The notes beneath the pieces are model-generated. The model was not told the DNA's origin. It was given only the letters and a program-made list of their open reading frames with translations, and did not search any database. From contig JBAZMW010000001.1 of NCBI GenBank assembly GCA_041649575.1, forward strand, positions 212,908 to 244,907: 32,000 nucleotides of DNA. Direction: 5' to 3'. The translations under genes and the position numbers were made by a program. This DNA comes from Patescibacteria group bacterium (GTDB taxonomy: Bacteria; Patescibacteriota; Patescibacteriia; 2-01-FULL-39-33). This document shows positions 9,027 through 17,502 of the stretch, piece after piece (within the stretch, counting starts at the first letter, position 1; each line of letters opens with the position of its first letter).

Positions 9027-10232
9027 ATGGAAAAAACGCAACTAAAATCAAAATTACAACAACAGGCCGCGAAATTACCGCTAAATCCCGGCGTGTATTT
9101 TTTTGTTGATAAAAATAACAGAAGTCTCTATATCGGCCGAGCCACTTCGCTAAAGAAACGCGTCAGTCAGTATTTTAGAAATGACTTAGATCCGAGGATC
9201 GCTGAGATGGTTCCTTTAGCAAAAAAAATTAAACATCAAAAAACAGAAACTCTGTTAGATGCAATTATTTTAGAAGCTAATTTGATTAAAAAATATTGGC
9301 CGAAATATAATGTCAAAGATCGTGATGACCGATCATTCGTCTACGTGGTTATTCCCAAAAAAGATTTTGCCTACCCTTTGATTGTACGACAAAGGGATTT
9401 AAAAAAATTTCCGGCAGGTAAAGCAGACCCGTCTCGCCATCGGCGAGCCGAGGTAGAGATTTTTGGACCGTATCAGAACGCCACCTTATTGAAAAATGCT
9501 TTAAGAATAATTCGTCGTATTTTTCCTTATGGCACCTGCCGCCCCAACTCCGGCCACACCTGTTTTGATTATCAGGTTGGCTTGTGTCCCGGGTCGTGCC
9601 TCGGCTTAATTTCCAAAAGTGATTATAATAAAAATATCAAAAATATTTCCCTGATTTTCAATGGCAAGAAGAAACAGTTAATAAATAAATTAAAAAAAGA
9701 TAAGCCGGAGGCGGTTAAGGCCTTAAAACAAATTCAAGACGTAACCTTGATAACCAAGGACGAATTAAGTGGTGATTTGTCGCAGAATCGCATTGAGGGC
9801 TATGATATTTCCCATCTGTCGGGCAAGGAGACAGTAGGAGCGATGGCGGTGTTTGTCGGTGGCCAGCCGGATAAGGCCCAGTATCGTTTATTCAATATTA
9901 AATCAGCCGCAGCCAATGATGATTTGCGGGCCTTGGAAGAAATGGTTTCCCGCCGACTCAATCACCAGAAATGGCCTTTGCCAGATATTTTTTTAGTCGA
10001 TGGCGGCCGGCCGCAGGTTGATTTCGTCCAAAAAATATTGCAGATTAGAAATATTAATCTGCCACTTATTGGCATTTCCAAGCTTGGCGGTGATAGGCTG
10101 GTTTTTGGCCGAGGCGCCAAAAAACCGATCAGGGAGCTGGCCGAAAATCTCAAGGGGACACTGCTTGAAGTCCGTGACGAGGCGCACCGTTTTGCCAATG
10201 CGGCTAGAAGAAGAAAAACAACCATCAGATAG
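9027..10232 (+). CDS. uvrC: Excinuclease ABC subunit UvrC, short form
   Basis: GIY-YIG N-terminus (LPLNPGVYFFVDKNNRSLYIGRATSLKKRVSQYF), CFDYQVGLCPGSC, GYDISHLSG, DIFLVDGGRPQVD; ends at 401 aa with HRFANAARRRK. Confidence 0.93.
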   Translation: MEKTQLKSKLQQQAAKLPLNPGVYFFVDKNNRSLYIGRATSLKKRVSQYFRNDLDPRIAEMVPLAKKIKHQKTETLLDAIILEANLIKKYWPKYNVKDRDDRSFVYVVIPKKDFAYPLIVRQRDLKKFPAGKADPSRHRRAEVEIFGPYQNATLLKNALRIIRRIFPYGTCRPNSGHTCFDYQVGLCPGSCLGLISKSDYNKNIKNISLIFNGKKKQLINKLKKDKPEAVKALKQIQDVTLITKDELSGDLSQNRIEGYDISHLSGKETVGAMAVFVGGQPDKAQYRLFNIKSAAANDDLRALEEMVSRRLNHQKWPLPDIFLVDGGRPQVDFVQKILQIRNINLPLIGISKLGGDRLVFGRGAKKPIRELAENLKGTLLEVRDEAHRFANAARRRKTTIR

Positions 10233-10319
10233 ACTTGTTGTTGATTTTTGTTTTGTGCTATAATGAAAGCGATTAAAAAGACTATATAATTTAATTCATA
10301 AAAAATTTAAACAAAAGCT

Positions 10320-11003
10320 ATGAAAAAACTTCTTTTTGGTTTGGTTTTGGCCTCGGCCATGGCTTTGGCGGCCGGCGGGGTCGGAGCCCAGGTATTTAAA
10401 GGTACCAACACCAATCTTAATGCCAACATTAACGGCAATATAAATATTAACGCCGGAGCCAAAGCTCAAGCGGTCAAAGGCGCGATCGCCCTGTGTGCCA
10501 ACATCGAGTCCAGGGTCAAGATGAAGATCGCCAATTATGAAGCCGGCAAAGTAAGGCATGCCAACGCTTACAATAATTTGAAGAGTCGTTTGGCGGCTTT
10601 AAATGACAAGTTGGTGGCCAAAGGGGCGGACACGACTAAGCTGCAATCAGATCTGCTCCAGCTGGATAGTAAGGTTGCTAAATTTTTGGCTGATTATGAC
10701 ACTTATATCAATAAGCTGCGAGAAGGCCAGGCTTTTGTTTGCGGCAAATCGCAGGGTCAGTTTTTGGCAAAAATGAAAGAAGCTCGGGCGGCTTTGAAGG
10801 TGGTTTGGCAAGATGCCAAGGAGATTAAGGATTATTATGTCAAAACCATCAGGCCGGATTTGCAAGCCATCAGAGAACAGCTCAAAAAACAGCAGGCGGC
10901 AGCAGCGGCTAGCGCCGATATCAATGCCGAAGCGGTCAATGGACAGGTTAATTCGGAAACCACCCAAGAAGGAAACGGCGATGCGGAGAATATTAATCAG
11001 TAA
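10320..11003 (+). CDS. Hypothetical secreted protein
   Basis: Signal peptide MKKLLFGLVLASAMALAAGGVGA, Asn/Ala-rich and helical; upstream TATAAT box. Confidence 0.65.
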   Translation: MKKLLFGLVLASAMALAAGGVGAQVFKGTNTNLNANINGNININAGAKAQAVKGAIALCANIESRVKMKIANYEAGKVRHANAYNNLKSRLAALNDKLVAKGADTTKLQSDLLQLDSKVAKFLADYDTYINKLREGQAFVCGKSQGQFLAKMKEARAALKVVWQDAKEIKDYYVKTIRPDLQAIREQLKKQQAAAAASADINAEAVNGQVNSETTQEGNGDAENINQ

Positions 11004-11029
11004 TTAATAATTCAAATAAATTAAAATCT

Positions 11030-11368
11030 ATGTTTAGCAATAAAAAATTTTTGAAAAGGTCTTTGTCCTTATTTAGTTTGGTGTTGATTTTGGTTTTGGC
11101 GGCTGGAATTTTGGGCGGTTGCGGCCAGAATAATGACGAGGAAGATTATGGCGCTAACATCAACGAGGAAGAAGTGGCCACTCCGGATAATATTAATACG
11201 GAAGAAATTGATACTAATCAAAACGCGGGAGCCGACGAGACAAATCAGCCAGTGGTCGAAGAGGTTAATGTCGACGCTGAAATTAATCAACTAGACGCTT
11301 CGATTCAAGGGGTAAGTCCGGATGATTTTAAGGATGATGGCTTGTCAAACAAAGAATTAGGCATATAG
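11030..11368 (+). CDS. Hypothetical acidic lipoprotein
   Basis: N-terminal hydrophobic segment with lipobox-like LGGC, followed by an Asp/Glu/Asn-rich region. Confidence 0.65.
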   Translation: MFSNKKFLKRSLSLFSLVLILVLAAGILGGCGQNNDEEDYGANINEEEVATPDNINTEEIDTNQNAGADETNQPVVEEVNVDAEINQLDASIQGVSPDDFKDDGLSNKELGI

Positions 11369-11376
11369 TTTTAAAT

Positions 11377-11408
11377 TAAAAAAGCTCCCGACCAGTCTGG
11401 AGCTTTTT
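11377..11408 (+). terminator. Intrinsic terminator
   Basis: AAAAAGCTCC-cgaccagtct-GGAGCTTTTTT. Confidence 0.85.
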
Positions 11409-11464
11409 TAATTATTGTTTAAATCTGCTATGATTAAGTTGTTTTTAGTTAAATATTTATAAAA

Positions 11465-12067
11465 ATGATGCTCACCAGAAAACGGGTAATTGAGATTATC
11501 AAATCGGGCGGTATTGGCATTATGCCCACTGATACTATTTATGGTTTGGTGGGCTTGGCTTTGGATAAGAAAGCAGTGGAAAGAATTTATCAGGTTAGGC
11601 AAAGGAAGCCGGATAGGCCGCTGATAATTTTGATCGGTTCTTTGAGTGATCTAAAATTATTCGGCGTGGACATAGATTCTAAAACAAAAGAAGTGTTGGC
11701 CACTTATTGGCCGGGAGCAGTGAGTGTGGTTTTGCCTTGCAAGTATAAAAAATTCGAATATCTGCATCGCGGCGCCAAAACCCTGGCTTTTCGCTGGCCT
11801 AAAGGCTTTGCTTTAGAAGAGACGCTTCTGAAAACCGGACCACTGGTTGCGCCCAGCGCCAATCTGGAAGGCAGGGAGCCGGCCAAAAATATTAATGAGG
11901 CCAAAAATTATTTTTTGGACAGCGTGGATTTCTATTATGGCCACAAAGATCTGGTTTCCTTGCCTTCAACTTTGATTAAAATAGAAAACGGCGAAATTCT
12001 GGTTTTGCGTCAAGGCGCGGTCGCTATAAAAAATAAACGCCCGGCCGACGTCGGAGACATCGGCTAG
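11465..12067 (+). CDS. tsaC: Sua5/YciO/YrdC family protein (L-threonylcarbamoyladenylate synthase)
   Basis: GGIGIMPTDTIYGLVG, KRKPDRPLIILIGS-like, YWPGAVSVVLPC, APSANLEGREPA, LPSTLIKIENGEILVLRQG. Confidence 0.9.
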   Translation: MMLTRKRVIEIIKSGGIGIMPTDTIYGLVGLALDKKAVERIYQVRQRKPDRPLIILIGSLSDLKLFGVDIDSKTKEVLATYWPGAVSVVLPCKYKKFEYLHRGAKTLAFRWPKGFALEETLLKTGPLVAPSANLEGREPAKNINEAKNYFLDSVDFYYGHKDLVSLPSTLIKIENGEILVLRQGAVAIKNKRPADVGDIG

Positions 12068-12096
12068 GCGGTCTGGGTGCTCGTTTCACCGAGCAA

Positions 12097-12357
12097 CTAG
12101 GAGTTGGCGGTGACAACAGTCGTGTTTCTTTTCATTTCCTGGCAGACGGCGCTCACGACCTTGCTGACCGTATGAGGGACTCCTGCCTGGAGATCGGGCC
12201 AAACCCCGAATCGCAGTTCGCCATTGACGGCCAGGGTTTCCAGTCCCATGACGATAGTCTGGTCGTTCACCTCGCCCTCCTGGGCGAAACCATAACCCAC
12301 CAGGAATTCCTCGACAAAGGCGCGAACCTCCATCTCAACGCTACTTGCGCAACACAT
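12097..12357 (-). CDS. Small hypothetical protein
   Basis: GGAGG upstream of ATG; TTGACT-N17-TATAAT upstream. Confidence 0.6.
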   Translation of the reverse strand: MCCASSVEMEVRAFVEEFLVGYGFAQEGEVNDQTIVMGLETLAVNGELRFGVWPDLQAGVPHTVSKVVSAVCQEMKRNTTVVTANS

Positions 12358-12412
12358 GGCCTATACCCTCCTGTTGTGGTTACCACCGGTTGTCCAAAAC
12401 AGCACAAGATTT

Positions 12413-12441
12413 ATTATAACAGGCATTTTTTATTTAGTCAA
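12413..12441 (-). promoter_or_regulatory. Promoter for - strand gene 12097-12357
   Basis: Reverse strand TTGACT-N17-TATAAT. Confidence 0.7.
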
Positions 12442-12454
12442 AGAGTAGTATAAT

Positions 12455-12483
12455 TTGTCAATAATATTTATTGTTTGTATAAT
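12455..12483 (+). promoter_or_regulatory. Promoter of PfkB-family gene, probably leaderless
   Basis: TTGTCA-N17-TATAAT; ATG at 12490 is at the expected transcription start. Confidence 0.7.
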
Positions 12484-12489
12484 AATCAT

Positions 12490-13443
12490 ATGTTGAAGCA
12501 AAATAAAAAATACGATTTGGTCGTCATTGGCGGGGCGACGCGCGATATCCTTTTCTATTCCAAAGAAGGCGAGCTGATTTCTACCAACAATATTGCCAGG
12601 CAAAGAATGCTGGCTTTTGAATACGGCGCCAAAATATATGCCGATCGGGTGTTTACCGAATTCGGCGGCGGGGCGGTCAATGTGGCGGTCGGCGGAGCCA
12701 GGCTGGGGCTAAGGACCGCTGTGATTTGCCGCGTCGGCAATGATCAGAACGGCCGCGAGGTGATCGAGAACCTCAAAGAAAAAAAAGTGGATGTCTCTTT
12801 GGTCAAGATTGATCGCTCGGCAGTGACTGGTTTCTCGATAATTCTAACCATTAACAATCCGGCCAAAGAACACGTGGCTCTGCTTCATCGCGGCGCTAAT
12901 GAAATGCTGTCGGCTAGCGATTTGGCACTGGGAAAATTAAAAACAGAATGGTTTTATCTGCCGGCTTTACCCAAGGTTGGCTGGGAAAAAATCATGGAGG
13001 CGGTAATCAGGCAAAAAGTCAAGGTTGCCTGGAATCCGGGCCGTTATCAATTAGAAAAAATAGATAAGATAAAAAAATTTTTGCCGCAGATCAAGCTGCT
13101 TATAGTCAATCGCGACGAAGCCCTGGAATTTAGGAAGCTGAAAGAGATCAAGGGTTTGCTAAAACATATTAAAAGTCTAGGACCAGAACTGGTGGTAATA
13201 ACCGACGGCGCCAAGGGAGCGTATGTTTACGACGGCAAAAAGTATTATTTTATGAAAGCGGCCAGTGTGAAAAACATCAATACGATCGGGGTGGGCGATG
13301 CTTTTGGCGCCGGCTTTACAAGCGCCCTGATCTATGGTAAGAATATTAAACAGGCTTTGAGATGGGGGATAATTAACTCGGCGGCGGTGGTCAGCAATAT
13401 TGGCGCCCAAAAAGGCCTGCTGAATCTTCGGCAGATAAAATAA
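12490..13443 (+). CDS. PfkB family carbohydrate/nucleoside kinase
   Basis: YDLVVIGGATRDI, GGGAVNVAVGGARLGL, AAVICRVGNDQNG, NTIGVGDAFGAGFTSALIYG. Confidence 0.92.
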   Translation: MLKQNKKYDLVVIGGATRDILFYSKEGELISTNNIARQRMLAFEYGAKIYADRVFTEFGGGAVNVAVGGARLGLRTAVICRVGNDQNGREVIENLKEKKVDVSLVKIDRSAVTGFSIILTINNPAKEHVALLHRGANEMLSASDLALGKLKTEWFYLPALPKVGWEKIMEAVIRQKVKVAWNPGRYQLEKIDKIKKFLPQIKLLIVNRDEALEFRKLKEIKGLLKHIKSLGPELVVITDGAKGAYVYDGKKYYFMKAASVKNINTIGVGDAFGAGFTSALIYGKNIKQALRWGIINSAAVVSNIGAQKGLLNLRQIK

Positions 13444-13547
13444 AATAACGGTCCGAAAACAGGGAACCCGACCGTGCCGACAGGCAGGGTAGGCAGAGGT
13501 GAACGGGCTTAAATAAAATTTGGGTCTGTTTTTATTTTACTTTTAAT

Positions 13548-13627
13548 GTCATCGCGAGGGAGTGAAACGACCGTGGCGATCCCGCGGGATTGCTTCGCTG
13601 CGCCCTTTGGGCTTCGCTCGCAATGAC
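13548..13627. repeat. Palindromic-end repeat, same general type as the uvrA insertion
   Basis: GTCATCGCGAG...CTCGCAATGAC ends, internal GCGATCCCGCGGGATTGC. Confidence 0.75.
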
Positions 13628-13651
13628 ATTAATAAATAATTATCAAAAATT

Positions 13652-16303
13652 ATGTCGGAAAAAAAATTTGTCTATGCCTTCGAAGAAGGCAATAAAGACA
13701 TGAAGGAAATCTTGGGCGGCAAGGGCGCTAACCTGGCTGAAATGAGCAATTTGGGCATTAATGTGCCGCCGGGGTTTACCGTCACGACCGAGGTTTGCGA
13801 TCTTTATTACAAAAGTAATAAGAGCTACCCCCAAGAAGCCAAGGAGCAAATTGCTCAAAAATTAAGACAGCTCGAAGAAAAGATGGGCAAAAAGCTGGGT
13901 GAACCCAACGACCCATTGCTGGTTTCGGTAAGAAGCGGCGCCGCTTCTTCTATGCCGGGCATGATGGATACGATTTTAAACCTAGGCCTTAATGATCAAT
14001 CAGTTTTGGGTTTGGCCGCAAAGACCGGCAATAATCGTTTTGCTTGGGATTCCTACCGCCGTTTGATTCAAATGATGGGTAATGTGGTTTTGGGCCTGGA
14101 GCACCATGAATTTGAAGAAATTTTGGAGAATATAAAAGACACCAAGGGCGCTAAATATGATACCGACTTGACTACCGAAGATCTGCAAGAGCTGGTACGA
14201 CGTTATAAAGCCAAAATCAAGGAAAAGACGGGCAGTGATTTTCCGCAGACTCCTTTAGAACAGTTGCAACTTTCCATTGACGCGGTTTTTAACTCCTGGA
14301 ACAACTATCGTGCCATCAGATACCGCGAGATTAACAACATCAGAGGTTTAATCGGAACGGCGGTCAACATTCAGGCGATGGTGTTTGGTAATTTGGGCGA
14401 GGATTCCGGTACGGGTGTTTGTTTTACCCGCAATCCTTCGACTGGCGAGGCCAAGTTTTATGGTGAATATCTGATGAACGCCCAGGGCGAGGATGTGGTG
14501 GCCGGGATTCGCACGCCGCAGCCGGTAGAAAGACTTAATGAGCAGCTGCCAGAAATTTATAGGGAATTAGTGGATGTTTGCAATAAGGTGGAAAAACATT
14601 ATCGCGATATGCAAGATATGGAATTTACCATTCAACGCGGCCGTTTGTATATTTTGCAAGCTCGCGTCGGCAAGAGAACCGCTACTGCAGCCGTCAATAT
14701 CGCCGTGGATATGGTGAATGAGAATCTGATTTCTAAGATCGAAGCAATTTTAAGGGTTGACCCCAACCAATTGAACCAGCTGCTCCATAAACAGCTGGAT
14801 CCGCTGGCCAAGCAAGAGGCAGAAGTGGTAGCGCAGGGTTTGCCGGCTTCACCTGGCGCGGCAGTCGGGGAAATAGTTTTTACCGCGGCCGAAGCGTATG
14901 AGAAAGCTCGCACCGGCATTGACGTGGTTTTGGTGCGCACCGAAACTTCGCCGGAAGATATTGATGGCATGCATGCGGCCAAGGGAATTTTGACCGCTCG
15001 CGGCGGCATGACCTCTCATGCGGCTGTGGTGGCCCGCGGCATGGGTACTTGTTGTGTGGCTGGTTGCGGCGATGTCATTATCGATGAAAGAGCCAAAACC
15101 CTAACCATCAAAGACAAGGGCATTATTTTGAGGGAAGGAGACTTCATTACCCTGGACGGCTCCGATGGCAAGGTTTACTTGGGCCGGCTGACCACCAAAG
15201 ATCCGGATATGTCCGGCAATTTTGGCAAGTTGATGGGTTGGGCCGATGAAGTCAGAAAAATCAATGTCCGCACCAATGCCGACACGCCGCATGATGCTCA
15301 GGTGGCCAGAAGTTTCGGCGCCGAAGGCATCGGTTTGTGCCGCACCGAGCACATGTTCTTTGAGGGCGATAGAATCAAGGCGGTGCGGGAAATGATTTTG
15401 TCTAGCAACGTGGAGGGCCGCCAAAAGGCCTTGGCCAAGTTATTGCCTTATCAAAAAGAAGATTTTATTGGCTTGTTCCATGCTATGGAAGGTTTTCCGG
15501 TGACCGTGCGTTTGCTCGATCCGCCACTGCACGAATTTTTGCCCACTGAAGAAAAGGACATCTATGAATTGGCTCGGGAAATGGAAGTGGATGTCGGCAC
15601 CTTGAAAGCCAAAATTTCCGATTTGCATGAATTCAATCCGATGTTGGGGCATCGCGGTTGCCGACTGGCCATCACTTATCCGGAAATTTACGATATGCAA
15701 GTGACGGCGATTATCGAAGCGGCTATAGAGGTGGGACAAAAGTGTCCCAAGTGCGGCCGTTCCAGCGAGATCAGGCCGGAAATCATGATTCCACTGGTGG
15801 CGACTACCAAAGAGTTTTCTATTTTAAAACAAAGAACAGTGGAAATAGTGGAAAAGAAATTAGCCGAGGCCGGCGTCAAGATTGTTTATAAGATCGGCAC
15901 GATGATCGAAGTGCCCAGAGCGGCTTTGGTTGCCGACAAGATCGTGGAAGCCGGAGCGGAGTTTTTCTCCTTTGGCACCAACGACTTGACCCAGATGGGC
16001 GCCGGACTGTCCCGCGACGATGCCGGCAAATTCCTTAAGGAATATGTGGCTCAAGGTATTTATGAATATGATCCGTTTGAAGTCTTGGATCAGGAGGGTA
16101 TTGGCGAACTTATCCGTATTGCCATCAAGAAAGGCAGGGGAGTCAAGAGTGATTTGAAAGTTGGTATCTGCGGCGAGCACGGCGGCGAACCGCAGACCGT
16201 GGAGTTCTGTCATCGTGAAGGATTTAATTATGTTTCCTGCTCGCCTTTCCGCGTACCGATTGCCAGACTGGCGGCGGCGCAGGCAGCAGTGAAGGAAAAG
16301 TAA
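13652..16303 (+). CDS. ppdK: Pyruvate, phosphate dikinase
   Basis: FVYAFEEGNKDMKEILGGKGANLAEMSNLG, GGMTSHAAVVARGMGTCCVAG, RTEHMFF, MLGHRGCRL, ICGEHGGEP. Confidence 0.98.
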   Translation: MSEKKFVYAFEEGNKDMKEILGGKGANLAEMSNLGINVPPGFTVTTEVCDLYYKSNKSYPQEAKEQIAQKLRQLEEKMGKKLGEPNDPLLVSVRSGAASSMPGMMDTILNLGLNDQSVLGLAAKTGNNRFAWDSYRRLIQMMGNVVLGLEHHEFEEILENIKDTKGAKYDTDLTTEDLQELVRRYKAKIKEKTGSDFPQTPLEQLQLSIDAVFNSWNNYRAIRYREINNIRGLIGTAVNIQAMVFGNLGEDSGTGVCFTRNPSTGEAKFYGEYLMNAQGEDVVAGIRTPQPVERLNEQLPEIYRELVDVCNKVEKHYRDMQDMEFTIQRGRLYILQARVGKRTATAAVNIAVDMVNENLISKIEAILRVDPNQLNQLLHKQLDPLAKQEAEVVAQGLPASPGAAVGEIVFTAAEAYEKARTGIDVVLVRTETSPEDIDGMHAAKGILTARGGMTSHAAVVARGMGTCCVAGCGDVIIDERAKTLTIKDKGIILREGDFITLDGSDGKVYLGRLTTKDPDMSGNFGKLMGWADEVRKINVRTNADTPHDAQVARSFGAEGIGLCRTEHMFFEGDRIKAVREMILSSNVEGRQKALAKLLPYQKEDFIGLFHAMEGFPVTVRLLDPPLHEFLPTEEKDIYELAREMEVDVGTLKAKISDLHEFNPMLGHRGCRLAITYPEIYDMQVTAIIEAAIEVGQKCPKCGRSSEIRPEIMIPLVATTKEFSILKQRTVEIVEKKLAEAGVKIVYKIGTMIEVPRAALVADKIVEAGAEFFSFGTNDLTQMGAGLSRDDAGKFLKEYVAQGIYEYDPFEVLDQEGIGELIRIAIKKGRGVKSDLKVGICGEHGGEPQTVEFCHREGFNYVSCSPFRVPIARLAAAQAAVKEK

Positions 16304-16327
16304 AAATAATACAAAAGGTTATTATAA

Positions 16328-16356
16328 GGGCGGTCCTTGTGGCCGCCCCGTTTTTT
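16328..16356 (+). terminator. Intrinsic terminator after ppdK
   Basis: GGGCGG...CCGCCC followed by TTTTTT. Confidence 0.8.
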
Positions 16357-16359
16357 GTT

Positions 16360-16474
16360 GTCATTCCGACCGAGTCCAGCCCTGTACAGCGGGCTGGACG
16401 AGTGGAGGAATCCCTTTAAATAGAATTTAAGGGATCCCTCCACGCGCTCACTTCGTGAGTTTGGTCGGGATGAC
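16360..16474. repeat. Palindromic multi-hairpin element, second family
   Basis: GTCATTCCGACC...GGTCGGGATGAC ends; GTCCAGCCC/GGGCTGGAC, GTGGAGG/CCTCCAC and CTCAC/GTGAG internal arms. Confidence 0.75.
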
Positions 16475-16506
16475 AATAAAAAATATTTTCATATAAAAAA
16501 AATCGA

Positions 16507-16544
16507 CCCCGCACCTAGTTGCTTGTTCAGCTTTCGGTGCGGGG
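16507..16544 (-). terminator. Terminator of - strand gene 16569-17042
   Basis: CCCCGCACC...GGTGCGGGG hairpin; on the - strand it is followed by a T-rich tract. Confidence 0.75.
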
Positions 16545-16568
16545 GTGGACCAAGTTGCGATGGTGGCG

Positions 16569-17042
16569 TTACCTCTCGGGTGGTGGCAACCAACCCACGA
16601 AGTCTTGATAGAGCCGCGGGTACATCCGTTCACGCCACAAAACGACTGGATCGTAGTCGGACACAGAAATCCCCTCGGCCTCGCAGAAAATCGTGATGTA
16701 CGGCTCCTGGTGAACCAGGCCGCTACTAATATCGAGCCACCACATATCTTTCCGCGGCACTTGCTCGTGGTTGAGGTATTTCGTCAGCACTTCGGCGCGC
16801 CAGTTGGCGGTATCGCTTACTTCTACGGCTGTCGTGGCTTGGTGCTGCCGTGTGATTTCTTTGAGCAGCCAAAGAGTAGAAATAAACGTGGCAATACAGA
16901 GGAGAACCAAGGATATTACCCATAAATAGCGGTAAAGTTTTCTCTGTATCTTCCGCGTAAGTAACACCACAAGCAGGGTGATAGTCGTCGCCACAAAAGC
17001 CCAGGCGAAGACGACAGATAGAATAGACACAAACAGGTCCAT
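16569..17042 (-). CDS. Hypothetical membrane protein with WWL motif
   Basis: Two N-terminal TM segments; GAAGGAG upstream of ATG; consensus promoter upstream; terminator downstream. Confidence 0.75.
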   Translation of the reverse strand: MDLFVSILSVVFAWAFVATTITLLVVLLTRKIQRKLYRYLWVISLVLLCIATFISTLWLLKEITRQHQATTAVEVSDTANWRAEVLTKYLNHEQVPRKDMWWLDISSGLVHQEPYITIFCEAEGISVSDYDPVVLWRERMYPRLYQDFVGWLPPPER

Positions 17043-17128
17043 TTCCAGACTCCTTCTATTTCGAATGTGCGTTAGACGATTCTTCTAGGCGATCGTCACC
17101 AGCCTTCTGGTCATCAAATCATTATATA

Positions 17129-17157
17129 ATTATAGCATACATACAATATTTTGTCAA
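17129..17157 (-). promoter_or_regulatory. Promoter for - strand gene 16569-17042
   Basis: Reverse strand TTGACA-N17-TATAAT, exact consensus boxes. Confidence 0.85.
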
Positions 17158-17216
17158 TATTATTTATTGTTTTTTTATGGAAAATATTAGTTGATTTTGT
17201 TTAAAATAAGGTATTT

Positions 17217-17433
17217 TTTGTCACTTTTTATTTTTGCGAGCACTTGAAAATTCAGCCACAAAATCAAGCCAGTTGAGCGGTTCCGCCTTTTAGGCGGAAA
17301 GGCCATAACTGGAGCGTAGCGACTTTATGGCCTAGCGAAACTGGCGCCAGATTTTGTCTGAATTTATCAAATAGCTCGCGACTCTTTCTTTTGCGTCAGC
17401 TTTTCTTTCTCTTAGAGAAAGAAAAGTGACAAA
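17217..17433 (-). repeat. Inverted-repeat element, copy B
   Basis: 12-bp terminal inverted repeats TTTGTCACTTTT/AAAAGTGACAAA; internal GCCAGTT/AACTGGC, GGCCATAA/TTATGGCC, TTCCGCC/GGCGGAA arms; reverse complement shares AGAAAAGCTxACxxAAAAGAAAxxGTCGCGAGCTA with copy A. Confidence 0.65.
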
Positions 17434-17502
17434 CTGCATTAAAATACTTTATTATCTAACAAAATTATGCTAAAATAATAGAAATAAAAATCTCATCACT
17501 CT

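Noticed and set aside
14632-15009. 125-aa antisense ORF within ppdK
   Set aside because: Shadow ORF in a high-GC coding region; no initiation signals.
16545-16925. 126-aa + strand ORF
   Set aside because: Antisense to the better supported 16569-17042 gene.
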